53,815 nucleotides of DNA from assembly GCF_004010195.1 (NCBI RefSeq), contig NC_057738.1:22898030-22951844 (forward strand). The letters run 5' to 3'. The stretch comes from Chiloscyllium plagiosum. Lineage: Eukaryota. The notes under the pieces were generated by a model that was not told where the DNA came from, did no database searches, and saw only the letters and a list, made by a program, of their open reading frames with translations. The position numbers and the translations under genes are program-made. Positions 36,001 to 48,000 of the stretch are shown here, in pieces. The number at the start of each line of letters is the position of its first letter. Position 1 is the stretch's first letter.

Positions 36001-39000
36001 TGAATGCAGTATTCCAAAAGTGGCCTAACCAATGTCCTGTACAGCCACAACATGATCTCCCAACTACCGTATTGATTTGCTTTGACTTATTTTTGTCACA
36101 TGTACCTAAGTACAGTGAAAAGTTTATTTTTAAGATTTAGATTTTTTGTCACATGTACTCAGGTATAGAAGTACAGGAATATTGTGAAAAATGTATTATG
36201 TCAGCGTACATGGTGCCATCTTAGGCACCAAGGAACCGAAGTACAAAAAAATTTAGGAACAAAATAGTAAGAGAAATGACAGTTAAAAAGTTAAGCATTA
36301 CTGCATGGAATTATCGAAAAATAAAGAATTAACATAATAAGATTCATTTGAACTTCAGTAAGGTGTTCGACAAGGTTCCTCATGGTAGATTGGTTATAAA
36401 GTTTGAGTGAAGATTTGTAGCTCGGGTATCGTTGTTGTGGTTCTGTTTGCCAAGCTTGAAATTTTTGTTGCAAACGTTTCGTCCCCTGTCTAGGTGACAT
36501 CCTCAGTGCTTGGGAGCCTCCTGTGAAGCGCTTCTGTGGTGTTTCCTCCGGCATTTATAGTGGCCTGTCCCTGCCGCTTCCAGTTGTTAGTTTCAGCTGT
36601 CCGCTGTAGTGGCTGGTATATTGGGTCCAGGTCTATGTGTTTGTTGTTGGAGTTTGTGGATGCGTGCCATGCTTCTAGGAATTCCCTGGCTGTTCTTTGT
36701 TTGGCTTGCCCTATAATGGTAGTGTTGTCCCAGTCGAATTCATGTTGCTTGTCGTCTGCGTGTGTGGCTACTAAGGATAGCTGGTCGTGGCGTTTCGTGG
36801 CTAGTTGATGTTCATGGATGCGGATCGTTAGCTGTCATCCTGTTTGTCCTATATAGTGTTTTATAGATTGGTTATAAGTTTAGATCACATGGAATGCACA
36901 AAGAACTACCCATTTGGGTACAGAACTGGCTCAAAGGTAGAAGACAGATGGTGGTGGTGGACGGTTACCTTTCAGACTGGAGGCCTGTGACGAGTGATGT
37001 GCCACAAAGATCTGTCCTGGGTACACTACCTTTCGTAATTTATATAAATGATTTGGATATGAACATAGGGAATATAGTTAGTAAGTTTGCAAATGACACC
37101 AAAATTGGAGGTGTAGTGGACAGTAAAGGAGTTTACCTCAGAGTACAACAGGATCTTGATCAGATGGGCCAATGGTCGAGGAGTAACAGTTGGAGTTTAG
37201 TTTAGATAAATGTGAAGTGTTGTATTTCAGAAAAGCAAATCAGGAACGGACTAATGCACTTAATGGTAAGGTTCTGGGGAGTGTTGCTGATCAAAGAGAT
37301 AGAGCTCCTTGAAAGTGGAGTCGCAGGTAGATAGGATAATGAAGAAGGCATTTTGTATGCTTTCCGTTATTGGTCAGAGCATTGAGTATAGGAGATAGGA
37401 GGTCATGTTGCAGCTGTACAGGACACTATTCGGCCACTTTTGGGATAATATTATGTGCAATTCTGCTCTCCCTGCTATCGGAAGGATGTTGTGAAACTGG
37501 AAAGCATTCAGGAATGCGCTGCCAGAGGAATGGTGGAGGCTGGTACACTTATAACATTTAAAAGGCATTTGGATGGGGATATGAATAGGAAGCGTTTAAA
37601 GGTATATTGGCTAAATGCTGGTAAATGGGAGTAGATTAGTTTAGGATATTTGGTCAGCATGGATGAATTGGATCGAGGGGTCTATTTTTGTGTTGTACAT
37701 CTCTATGACTCCAGTTATCATTAAAAGTCTTTTGTAGTTTAAACTGGGAAAATAAAGGAATACTTAAAAGTTCAACAGGCTTTGATTAGTCCTCCGCTTA
37801 TCTCATTCTGCTATCTGTTCTTGATGCCACGGGCAGTACAGGCAGATCATGGCAAACAAGAACATACAGATCGTAGGATGCTTAGGCAGATTGAAGCATG
37901 CAAGTTATGTCTGCACAGGAGGTGCACAAAGTAAGATCAACATTAGATTTGAAATTCAGTGCACTGACCAATAAAGGCAAGCATACCAAAAGCCTTCTTC
38001 ACTAGCCTGACTACTTGCGACCACACTTTGAAGGAAGTATTAGTGAAAAGGATGCAGAGATGCTCAGTTTGAACAAGTTGAGTGCATGGATAAATACTTG
38101 GTATAATGTGGATAAGTGAGAGGTTATTCACTTTAGAAGCAAAATCAAGAAGGTGGACGTATCTGAATGGCAATAGATTGGGAGGTGCAATGAGACTTGG
38201 GTGTCCTTGTACACCAGTTGCTGAAAGTAATGATGCAGGAGCAGAAGGTGGTGAAGTCGTCAAATGGTATGTGGCCTCCATAGCGAGAAGATTTCATTAC
38301 ATCAGCAGATTACATTACTGTCTGCAATATTTGTCTCCTTATTTGAGAAAGGATGTTCAGGCTATGGAGGGAGTACAATGAAAGTTAATCAGATTGATTC
38401 CTGGGTTGGCAAGACTGACATATGAACAGAAATTGAATCAGTTAAGACTATATCCACTGGAGTTTAGAAGCTCGGAGAGGGGGGTTTCTCATCGACATCT
38501 ATAAAATTTTAACATGACTAGACCAGGTAAATGCAGGAAGTTCCTGGTGACAGGGGAGTCTGGAGTCAAGGGAAGGAAAATGGGGGTAGACAATTTAAGA
38601 CTAAGATGAGGAATTTTTCCACCAAGATGGTGAGCCTGCAGAATTCTCTGCCACAAAAAGCAGTTGAGGCCAAAACATTGAATATTTTCATAGCTGTAAT
38701 TCTTTGGGCTAAAGAAGTCAAAGGAAATGGGGGGGAAATTAGCAATGTGGCACTGATTTGGAAGATAACTATGATTGTGTTGAATGGTAAAGTAAGCTCA
38801 TAGGGCTGAATGGCCTACTATTGCACCAATTCTCTGTTTCTGTGGCCCCAGAAACTCTAAGAAGTTTTATTCTAAATATTTAATTTATTGGCTGTGTTAT
38901 GTAACGAAATATTCCTAATGAAGGATCTATGCCCGAAATGTGGATTCTCCTGCTCCTCGGATGTTGCCTGACCTGCTGTACTTTTCCAGCACCACACTCT

Positions 39001-42000
39001 TGACTCTGATCTCCAGCATATGCAGTCCTCACTTCCTCCTTATCTAGCTAAAGTTTGGATTTAGCGTAATTCTTGTTAGCTGTCTAAAAGATGGGATGTG
39101 ATCAGACAGTTTGGTAATCACAGTTTCAAGGAGCAAATTAGAGGACTACTAAAATTATGGCATGAATGTTCAATTGGAAAATATCAGATCTATCACCTGA
39201 TGTGGGGAAATGCATAGCCTCCACTTAGTAACTGACAAATTGAGAATTGAAACTGAAATTGAGAATTTAACAAATGGGGATTTGTGGTCTCATCGTGAAT
39301 CAGCATGCTGAATATTTAGTGAAAGTGATTCTTGAACATTAACAAGTTATTTAATGTATGATCAGTGAAATCTTGTAAAGAAAATAATTCTAGTCTGTTT
39401 CATATGTTCTGTTATTTACTGTAAATCTTGGTAATTAGCGTCATTAATATCATTGTAGGCAAGTCTACTTGATTTGAAGTGCTTAATTCTTCTTTTCATA
39501 TTGTTACTTAACTTTAATAAGGCTTGTCAGCCATCTTAATACACACATATTTCATTTCACTACATTTAAGTACTGAAGAGACAGGAATTTTGAGAATCAG
39601 TGCAGTATACTGTTCTTTTCAAATAGGGAATAAAGATTTTTTTTTTGCATTAAATTCTAACTTTGTTACAGTCTCTGGGTATAAGTTTGCTCGCTGAGCT
39701 GGAAGGTTCGTTTTTCACAATCAAAACAAACCTTCCAGCTTAACGAGCAAACTTACTTCCAGAACCTCAACCTGAACTACAAATCTTCTCAAAACTCACT
39801 TTATAACAGGCATTACTTGATTTAGATTATTAGATAATTCAATACTACTCAAAAAACCTTGATAATTTCAGGAATAGACTTGCTTAAATCAAATTTTAAT
39901 GTACAATGTTTGTATTTGAATATGCCTTTACCTTTCCATGAATGATGTATAATTACTCTCTCAGTAAATGCAAGAGTTTTGCTAAAATATATTAGAATAG
40001 TTGATGATTGCAGTGGTATTATTTTGTTAATTTGAACTCTGGTACAAGACAAAATAAGGCAAAGCAATAGTAATATCAGGTTTCTTGGTCACTAGGGGTC
40101 TACTCCACCAATGACTGTCTTCAAAGGTAATAAAAGGCCATATCAGAAGGATTGTGTACTTATTATTAACCATGATACTGGGGAGTTTGTGCTTGAAAAA
40201 CTCAGTAGCAGTATACAGGTAAAGAAAACCAGGTGAGAATACATATGTTTTAAAAGTATTTAAATAATTATTTTTGTGACTGTCGTATAGCATTTCGGAC
40301 AATACTATGCATTGGCTTAAAAATCACACAACACCAGGTTATAGTCCAACAGGTTTAATTGGAAGCACACTAGCTTTCGGAGCGACGCTCCTTCATCAGG
40401 TGATAGTGCTATAACCTGATGAAGGAGCGTCGCTCCGAAAGCTAGTGTGCTTCCAATTAAACGTTGGACTATAACCTGGTGTTGTGTGATTTTTAACTTT
40501 GTACATCCCAGTCCAACACCGGCATCTCCAAATCATGCATTGGCTTGTTAGTCGTTTTTTCTGATTTACTTTGTATAAAATGTTATTGTCTAAATATATT
40601 AATAGTAGTACATTAATATTTAATCATTGAATTTTATTGCATAGATATAGGCCATTGAACAATTTGTACCTGTGCCTGCTCTCAAAAATCATTTTTCTTT
40701 CTCTCCTCAATTCCAAACCCTTAAAATTTTTCATGTTCTCCTAAAATTACCCTTTTGTTCTTAAGTACTTATTGAAACAATTGGGCAGTGATCACTTCTT
40801 CAAAACTATAGATTTAGTGTCTTTGAAATAATTCATTTTCAAGATTTCTACATTTCAACACCTGCAATGGCTTGCGTTATAAATGTATAATTCTCAAGAG
40901 CTTGAAACAATTTGTAGCATATTGAGTCTTCACAATGTTAGATCCTTCAATATTTGTACAAATCCTTAAATCTTGTCAGGTTAAAGTTTCTGCCTTGTAT
41001 ACTACCAGCGTTTTTATTCAAAACTTTTAAAATATGGCTTTATCCTGGGGAATTTTACAGAAATTATGGCAGAAAACGTTCTTATGAGTGCTCATGGGAG
41101 GCAGGGTTTTCACAATGAGGTACTTGTTTTATTAATGAACACTACTCGAGTTATTCTTGAAAAATATGATTATGAATATTGGGTGAGGACACCAGCAGTA
41201 TTTGTGTTGAGGCTTAGGAACTACTTGCTCTCCTGGCACTTAAGTGCTTAGGCTCAGAGATAAATATGGCTACTGTGAAACTGGCCCATCCAGGGTTGGT
41301 CTCTTCAAAAGATGAAGCATGACACATAAGAAGGGAGGACATTTTTCATTATCACGATTTTGTTGTCCTTGACTTTTATAGAATAATTTTAAAGTTATTT
41401 TGATAATGTTATATAATTTCTTATTGCTATCAAATGATGCATGTCTAATCCTCCCTCAATGACCCAATTACCAATAATTGTTTCAGAGCTGAAGGGAGCA
41501 GTAAAATCCAGGCTCAATTGGAATCACAAGCAGTGCGAAGATCTCAGCCTTCCTCTCAGTTTAGAGCACCAAGTAAGCCATGTCCTGGTCCGAAAGCGTC
41601 TCCGACAAAGGACAACCCGTCACCTGAACCACAACTTGATGACATAAAAAGAGGTATACGAATGAAAGATCTTTGTAAATGGGCACATGAAACTTTTAAG
41701 AGCAGGAAAAGCCACTTGATGAATCAAATCTTACTACCTGGTGTTTATTTTAAGTCCTCCTCCTCCAAAACTATATATTGCTCTACAATTTATCTGTATG
41801 CCTTGCCTAATTATTTGTTTGTCCTCCTGCAGTTGTTTACAGTATTTTCATAGTTAACAATAGTGATATTGTTTCAGTGCTAGTCATCCAGAGACCCAGC
41901 TAATGGTTTGGGGACCTGGATTTGAATCCCAGATGGTGGAATTTGAAAACAGTACAAAACCTGGAATTAAAAGTCTAATGATGACCATTTTCGATTGTCA

Positions 42001-45000
42001 CTTACAAAAGAAAAAGACCCATCTGGTTTAAAACGTGCGTCATTCTGAGAGGCCTTGACAGGCTATGTCCTCTTTTTTTTCTACTGAGTAAACCTTGCAG
42101 GTGATTGTGTGGCTATGGCAACCGGAATTAAAAGTCCGTGTGCTGGCATGCTCACTGTGTAAACAGAAACTTACATAGCTTAGAGGGATAGTGTGGAAGA
42201 ATAGATATTGCAAAGATATTTCTTGTAGTGGGGGAGTATTGAACTGCTTAAGGTGATAAAATTTCTTCTCCAGAAGGATTTGGAATTCGAGAGTTATGGA
42301 GGTTAAATCACTGAAAGTATTTAAAGAGAAGATAGTTAGATTTTTGAAATACAGAGGAACCTCGATTATCCGAACAAGATGGGCGGACACTATTTTGTTT
42401 GGATAATTAATTATTCAGTTAATTAATTCAACGCCTCTACTCTGGGGTTCGGATTTTTCTGAAGTTTCCTTTTTCCTCGCTCTGCCTGCCTTGCTCCCTC
42501 TCTCTGTCTCAGGGTTTGTTTCTGAGCAGACACACACTTGTGTGTAAGGGACCTGCAGCGTAGCTGAAGTCTCCTACTGCCCCCACCCCCTCACCCAAAG
42601 CGTTCAATGGGATTAACACAGTGGGCACTTGCTAAGTCCACATCCCAGTCAGGAGACTAGGCAGCAGTACACCGCATGCGAGCCCCTGCGACGCCAACCC
42701 CCGTCACCCCACCCCACCCCCCCCAACTCTGCGCCACCCCAGGGCAGCTAGACTGGATGCCAACAGTAAGTCTGCTGCTGCCTTTGGGTGGGGGTGGGGG
42801 TGGGGGTGAGTCTACACACACACACACCTTTTTGACAAATTCCATCTTTGCCCTGTACAGGACAATGTTGGAGAGATTATTTGGGGAAGGGGGGTTCAGG
42901 GTACACCCCTGTGTAGAACTCCAGCGAAGGTGTCGGGACACAGAGAAAGGGCAGTCATTTGGAGACAGTGCCTGGGCTCCCATCGATGTCCGAGGTTGTT
43001 CTGTGCACCATTTCAGTAAGCCAGGTTCGTTTTTAATCATTGTAAACAAAAGACACAATCAGTGTTGAAACACCTCTTTGATGTAATATTTCTATCGGGA
43101 CCTTGAGATCTTCTTCGGATAATTTGAAATTCGGATAATTGATATTCAGGTAATCCAAGTTCCTCTGTACTGGGGAGTGGAGGACTATAATAAGCTGGCA
43201 CAAAAGAGGAATTGAGGCTTGGGACAGATCAGCCATGATCTTATTGAATGGTGGAGCAGGCTTGAAGGGCCAAATGGCCTACTCCTGTTCTAATTTTGAT
43301 GTACTTACATTCTTATTTCAGGGCATTCTGTAGATTTTGACAGAAACCACAGCTTAAGTCATTCATAGGTATGTATTGAAAAAAAAATGACCATATTGGA
43401 TTGGTGGCATGTCATAACTGTACTGAAGAAATTTCAGATGGCATTAGATAAGGTATTATGTAAGTGACTTGTTTCAAAATTGCTATGAAAGGTGTTGTAA
43501 CAGCATTGACAGAAAATTGATTGACTAAGAATAAACAGAAAGTGAGGGTTAGTAGGAATGCATTTGATACCAGAAGCATTAAAAATAATGTGTCTCATAG
43601 GTCAAAACAAATAAAGAGTTTGGTGGGAAGGTAGTTGTAAAAGACTGAAAGAGCTCTTGCATAGGTTGTTAGGCTGGCATTATTTGACACAAGTTATAGT
43701 AGAGAAATGTGTTCATAAAAACATATCTTGCAACATCTTTCAATAGTTTCTTTGAAGTACAAATACAAGAAAATGGTGATTGAAAAGACTAGTAATACTT
43801 TGAGTTTTATGAATTGGGGCATGACAAATAGTTACAGCACACTGGTTAAGCTACAGTTGGACACTGTACATTTTTGATCCTTAATATATAAAGACATTCT
43901 TGCCAAAGAGGCAAACTGCATAGATCTACCAGGATGAAACCAAGAACGAGAAGTTGATGTGATGGGGAAATACTTGGACAGCTTCTACTAGAACAGAGAT
44001 GAAGAAAAATAATTTTTAGTAGGTTTCTTGCATTATGAAGAATTTTGACTATTTCCTCTAATTGAAGGCTCATTGATGTAAAATTATCACTGAATGAAGT
44101 GAGAATTCTGAGAGCTTGCCTTGTGTTCCTATAGAAAAGAGCTGAGGCAGAGACTATTCTTTCTTTTGAGATATGGCAGTAACCATTTAAAGCTGAGGTA
44201 GATCCTTGGCTCTTCAAAGGGAGAATTGGCCAGATGGTGCTTTCTGGATCGCCCATTGAAAGGAGCAAGTACAGGCATGAGAAGCTTCATTCTGATCTGT
44301 AAACTTTGACTAGACCACCACCTAGCAGGAAAATACCATTTAGATCTCTAGATGAGAAAGCAAATATTAGCCAACTTCTTTTTACTTTTTTCACTGTTCC
44401 TCATACTGTACATTTTTGTAGTATATATACACAATGTTTTGTGTATTATAACATTGTGGCTAATCTGCATCTGAACTCTTTTTACCAAACTTGCTTCAAC
44501 ATCACTTAATATTTTTAATAAATAAAAGCCTCACAATAAAAGAAGTGTTTTACATTTTTTGAATGCCCTCAATAGACTTTTTTTTATTGGGAGGAATAGT
44601 TCCATATTTCTACTACCTTTTATATCAACGTGATATTATTTTGTTTGCAGTACAATGTAATCTTTTTAAGTTCAATGATATACTCAAGGGGTGTTGAATT
44701 TGATATCTGACCATTCTTGTGCATTGAAACTTTTTTTACTTGGAAAAAGTGAGGACTGCAGATGCTGGAGATCAGAGCTGAAAAATGTGTTGCTGGAAAA
44801 GCACAGCAGGTCAGGCAGCATCTAAGGAGCAGGAGAATCGACGTTTCGGGCATAAGCCCTTCTTCAGGAATGAGGAAAGGTGTGCCATGCAGGTTAAGAT
44901 ATGACGGATATGGAAAGACCCCACCACCAAGGATATATTTCCCTCCCCTCCCCTATCAGCATTCCGGAAAGACCACTCCCTCCGCGACTCCCTCGTCAGG

Positions 45001-48000
45001 TCCACACCCCCACCAACCCAACCTCCACTCCCAGCACTTTCCCCTGCAACCGCAAGAAATGCAAAACTTGCGCCCACACCTNNNNNNNNNNNNNNNNNNN
45101 NNNNNNNNNNNNNNNNNNNNNNNNNNNNNNNNNNNNNNNNNNNNNNNNNNNNNNNNNNNNNNNNNNNNNNNNNNNNNNNNNNNNNNNNNNNNNNNNNNNN
45201 NNNNNNNNNNNNNNNNNNNNNNNNNNNNNNNNNNNNNNNNNNNNNNNNNNNNNNNNNNNNNNNNNNNNNNNNNNNNNNNNNNNNNNNNNNNNNNNNNNNN
45301 NNNNNNNNNNNNNNNNNNNNNNNNNNNNNNNNNNNNNNCCCCCAAGTCCCCCCTCCCTACCTTTTATCTTAGCCTGCTTGGCACACCTTCCTCATTCCTG
45401 AAGAAGGGCTTATGCCCGAAACGTCGATTCTCCTGCTCCTTGGATGCTGCCTGACCTGCTGCGCTTTTCCAGCAACATATTTTTCAACTTTTTTTACTTG
45501 TACTATTTCTCTTAATTTGCACATGCCATCATTATGCTTCCACTATTTTGCTTTGTCATCTACAAAAATGTAGTTCAGTTCATCTGTAGATCTGCACGTG
45601 TTTTTGTGGTAATAAAAATATTGAATCTCTTTATTCGCAAAGAGAAGGTAAAGAAAATGTGTGTATGTTTGAATCTCATTTATTTTCACAAATGTAGTTC
45701 ATTTTTTTCCCTCTCACTGATAGCTCTACCATAGAGCATATTTTTTCTTCTTGAAAATGTCGGTCTCGTTCTATTTACTCAGGTGATCAGAAGTATATGA
45801 TGATCATAAGGTTACTGTTCATAGATTTTAGCAGTATGGTGTTATGTGATGTGAGGCATTGAAAGGGAAGACAAACAGATTTTCCAAAGAACTTCGTCAT
45901 TACTACAGTTCAACATTGTTGCCTTTATTTTCTTTTACTGGATTCCATCATTTTCATTGAGGAAAAATGTTTGCAGAAATAAGTCACAAGTGTTTAAAAA
46001 AAACGGATAAGCTACATTTCTTCAAAGAAAGCCAGTGAATTTAAAGCTTATATTCTATGTTAATAGCTTTCTCCCCCATCCTTCCAGAATTGAGAGCAGA
46101 AGTTGATATTATTGAACAGATGAGCAGCAGCAGTAGTTCTTCAGATTCAGGAAGTTCCTCTGGCAGTGACGACAGTTCCAGCAGTGATGTGGAAAATGAA
46201 GCTCACCCCTCCTCTACACCACCACAGATGCAACCCCAACAGCAACCTCCCTCCCAATCTCAAACCCATCCCCAGCAGCAACCACCACAGCCATACCAGC
46301 AGTACAGTAACAGAAATGCTGCGACAAATGGCACCAGCAGACCAGGAAGCAATCAACTTATGAGCACACTTAGTAAGTATGCAATGCTTAACTGCATTCT
46401 TAATTTCTTGCTGTTGTACAAGATATACGTTTGTTTCTTCTCTGCAATAGATGTTTGTAATTAGTTGCATTTCACTGAATAATTCAATATTAAGCTAAAG
46501 AAAAGCAGCTGCTGATAATATGAGCATTTCTTTTTCTGGCAAGGATGCCCAAACCTGTTGGTTTTTGCAGAGTATTACACTATGTCTGCAGTGATTACAT
46601 AGTTTCAAGAATATCCCAAAAGGCTGTAGATATCTCCACTTCAAATCAAAAAGCAAAAATGTATTTTCTGTTTGCAAATATTTGAGAATGAAAACAAACT
46701 TGTATCAAATTCTCATGTCTTACATCAGGTGTTCTCATTAATTCCCCACATAGGTTGTAAAAATTAGACTCCCATTAACTCCCATGAATTCTGGTATACT
46801 GGCTGGAAAATTGATGATGTTGCATGTTGTGAAGATATCCAGAATAATCATAAAATAATAAGTAACACCCAAATGTTTTGAAACCTATGCAGAATTTGCC
46901 ATAACTACTTAAAAATGTCAAGCTTATGTGAAAGGGTATTATTAGTTCTTCTAGAAATTTTGCAACCAATAGTCCAAGATATTGGAAGATGCCCAGATAT
47001 AGTATAAGATGCCAACCAGCTTAGTCCCAGGCACGTTCTACTGCAGTTACTTAATGTTATTTTGATTTTCAGTAGCAGTTACAATGAAATCCAGTTTTAA
47101 TAATAACAGTGAAAACGTCATGCATGGATTCCAGTTTTAAGATCACTCTTCTACTGGTCTATTTGTCCAACCTATGGGTGGAATTTCTACTCATTGGTGT
47201 GGCATTGATGAGAAAAATGAGAAAATATGGAGAATGGGAAAAAAAGCAATCTTGACATCAAAAAAATGATTTACAATATTCTCTTAAGCCTTAAATGCTG
47301 ACTTCAGAATCTAACCATTGAATGGCAACTACCTTATTTCCATGGATTTGCATTCTATTAAACTTCACTTTTAGGAAGGCACAGTGGCTAAGTGGTTAGC
47401 ACAGCTACCACATAGCACCAGGGACCTGGGTTCAATTCCAACCTTGGGTGACTGTCTGTGTGGCATTTGCACGTTCTCCCCGTGTCTGCTTGGATTTCCT
47501 GCCACAATCCAAAGACATGCAGTTTAGGTGAATTGGCCTTGCTAAATTGCCCATAGTGTTCAGGGATGTGTAGGCTAGGTGTATTAGTCAGAGGTAAATA
47601 TAGGGTAGGGGAAGGGGTCCGGATGGGTTACTGTTCGGAGGGTCGGTGTGGACTTGTTGGGCTGAAAGGCCTGTTTCCACACTGTAGGGATTCTAATTCT
47701 TCTCAGTATTCCGTTTTTGTATGCTACAAATTCTAGAATGGCTTTTGAGCATTTGTATCTTACCTGTAGTCAATATCTAGTTTGGTTTAGCATTTTACTC
47801 AATATTGCTGTATTGTCATATTTGATGTAGAGGGGTTCTACCACCTCTTCATCCATCTCCATAAGGGTGAGAGAGGCATGAATGCTGTTGCTAGTCTGTG
47901 GTCATAAGGACAAAGTGGTCTCAGTCTGTGTGAAAGTGCATATGAGCTCTCTTGGAGCAGATTATGATGCTCATGATAGGCTCTGGACTCCTCATTCTTA

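Larger units (their letters stand above)
36350..37712 (+). mobile_element. CR1 LINE RT to 3' end, interrupted by a PLE
   Basis: [11 protein letters not shown]|insert|...[20 protein letters not shown]...[11 protein letters not shown]; CTCTATGACTC tail. Confidence 0.85.
40319..40534. mobile_element. PLE-derived fold-back mini-element, family B, in EAF1 intron 3
   Basis: ~80-bp inverted arms, a ~35-nt tail, and a perfect 12-bp TSD ATGCATTGGCTT at 40307 and 40535. Confidence 0.88.
44743..45485 (+). mobile_element. PLE family A insertion: inverted 5' terminal repeat, truncated ORF, 3' terminal repeat
   Basis: [23 protein letters not shown] / [15 protein letters not shown] (Cys motif preceding GIY-YIG); inverted termini; perfect 15-bp TSD AACTTTTTTTACTTG at 44728 and 45486. 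Confidence 0.9.

Noticed and set aside
44762-45454. 230-aa and other ORFs spanning N runs (also 6893-7361)
   Set aside because: Length is inflated by assembly gaps; the flanks are transposon fragments.
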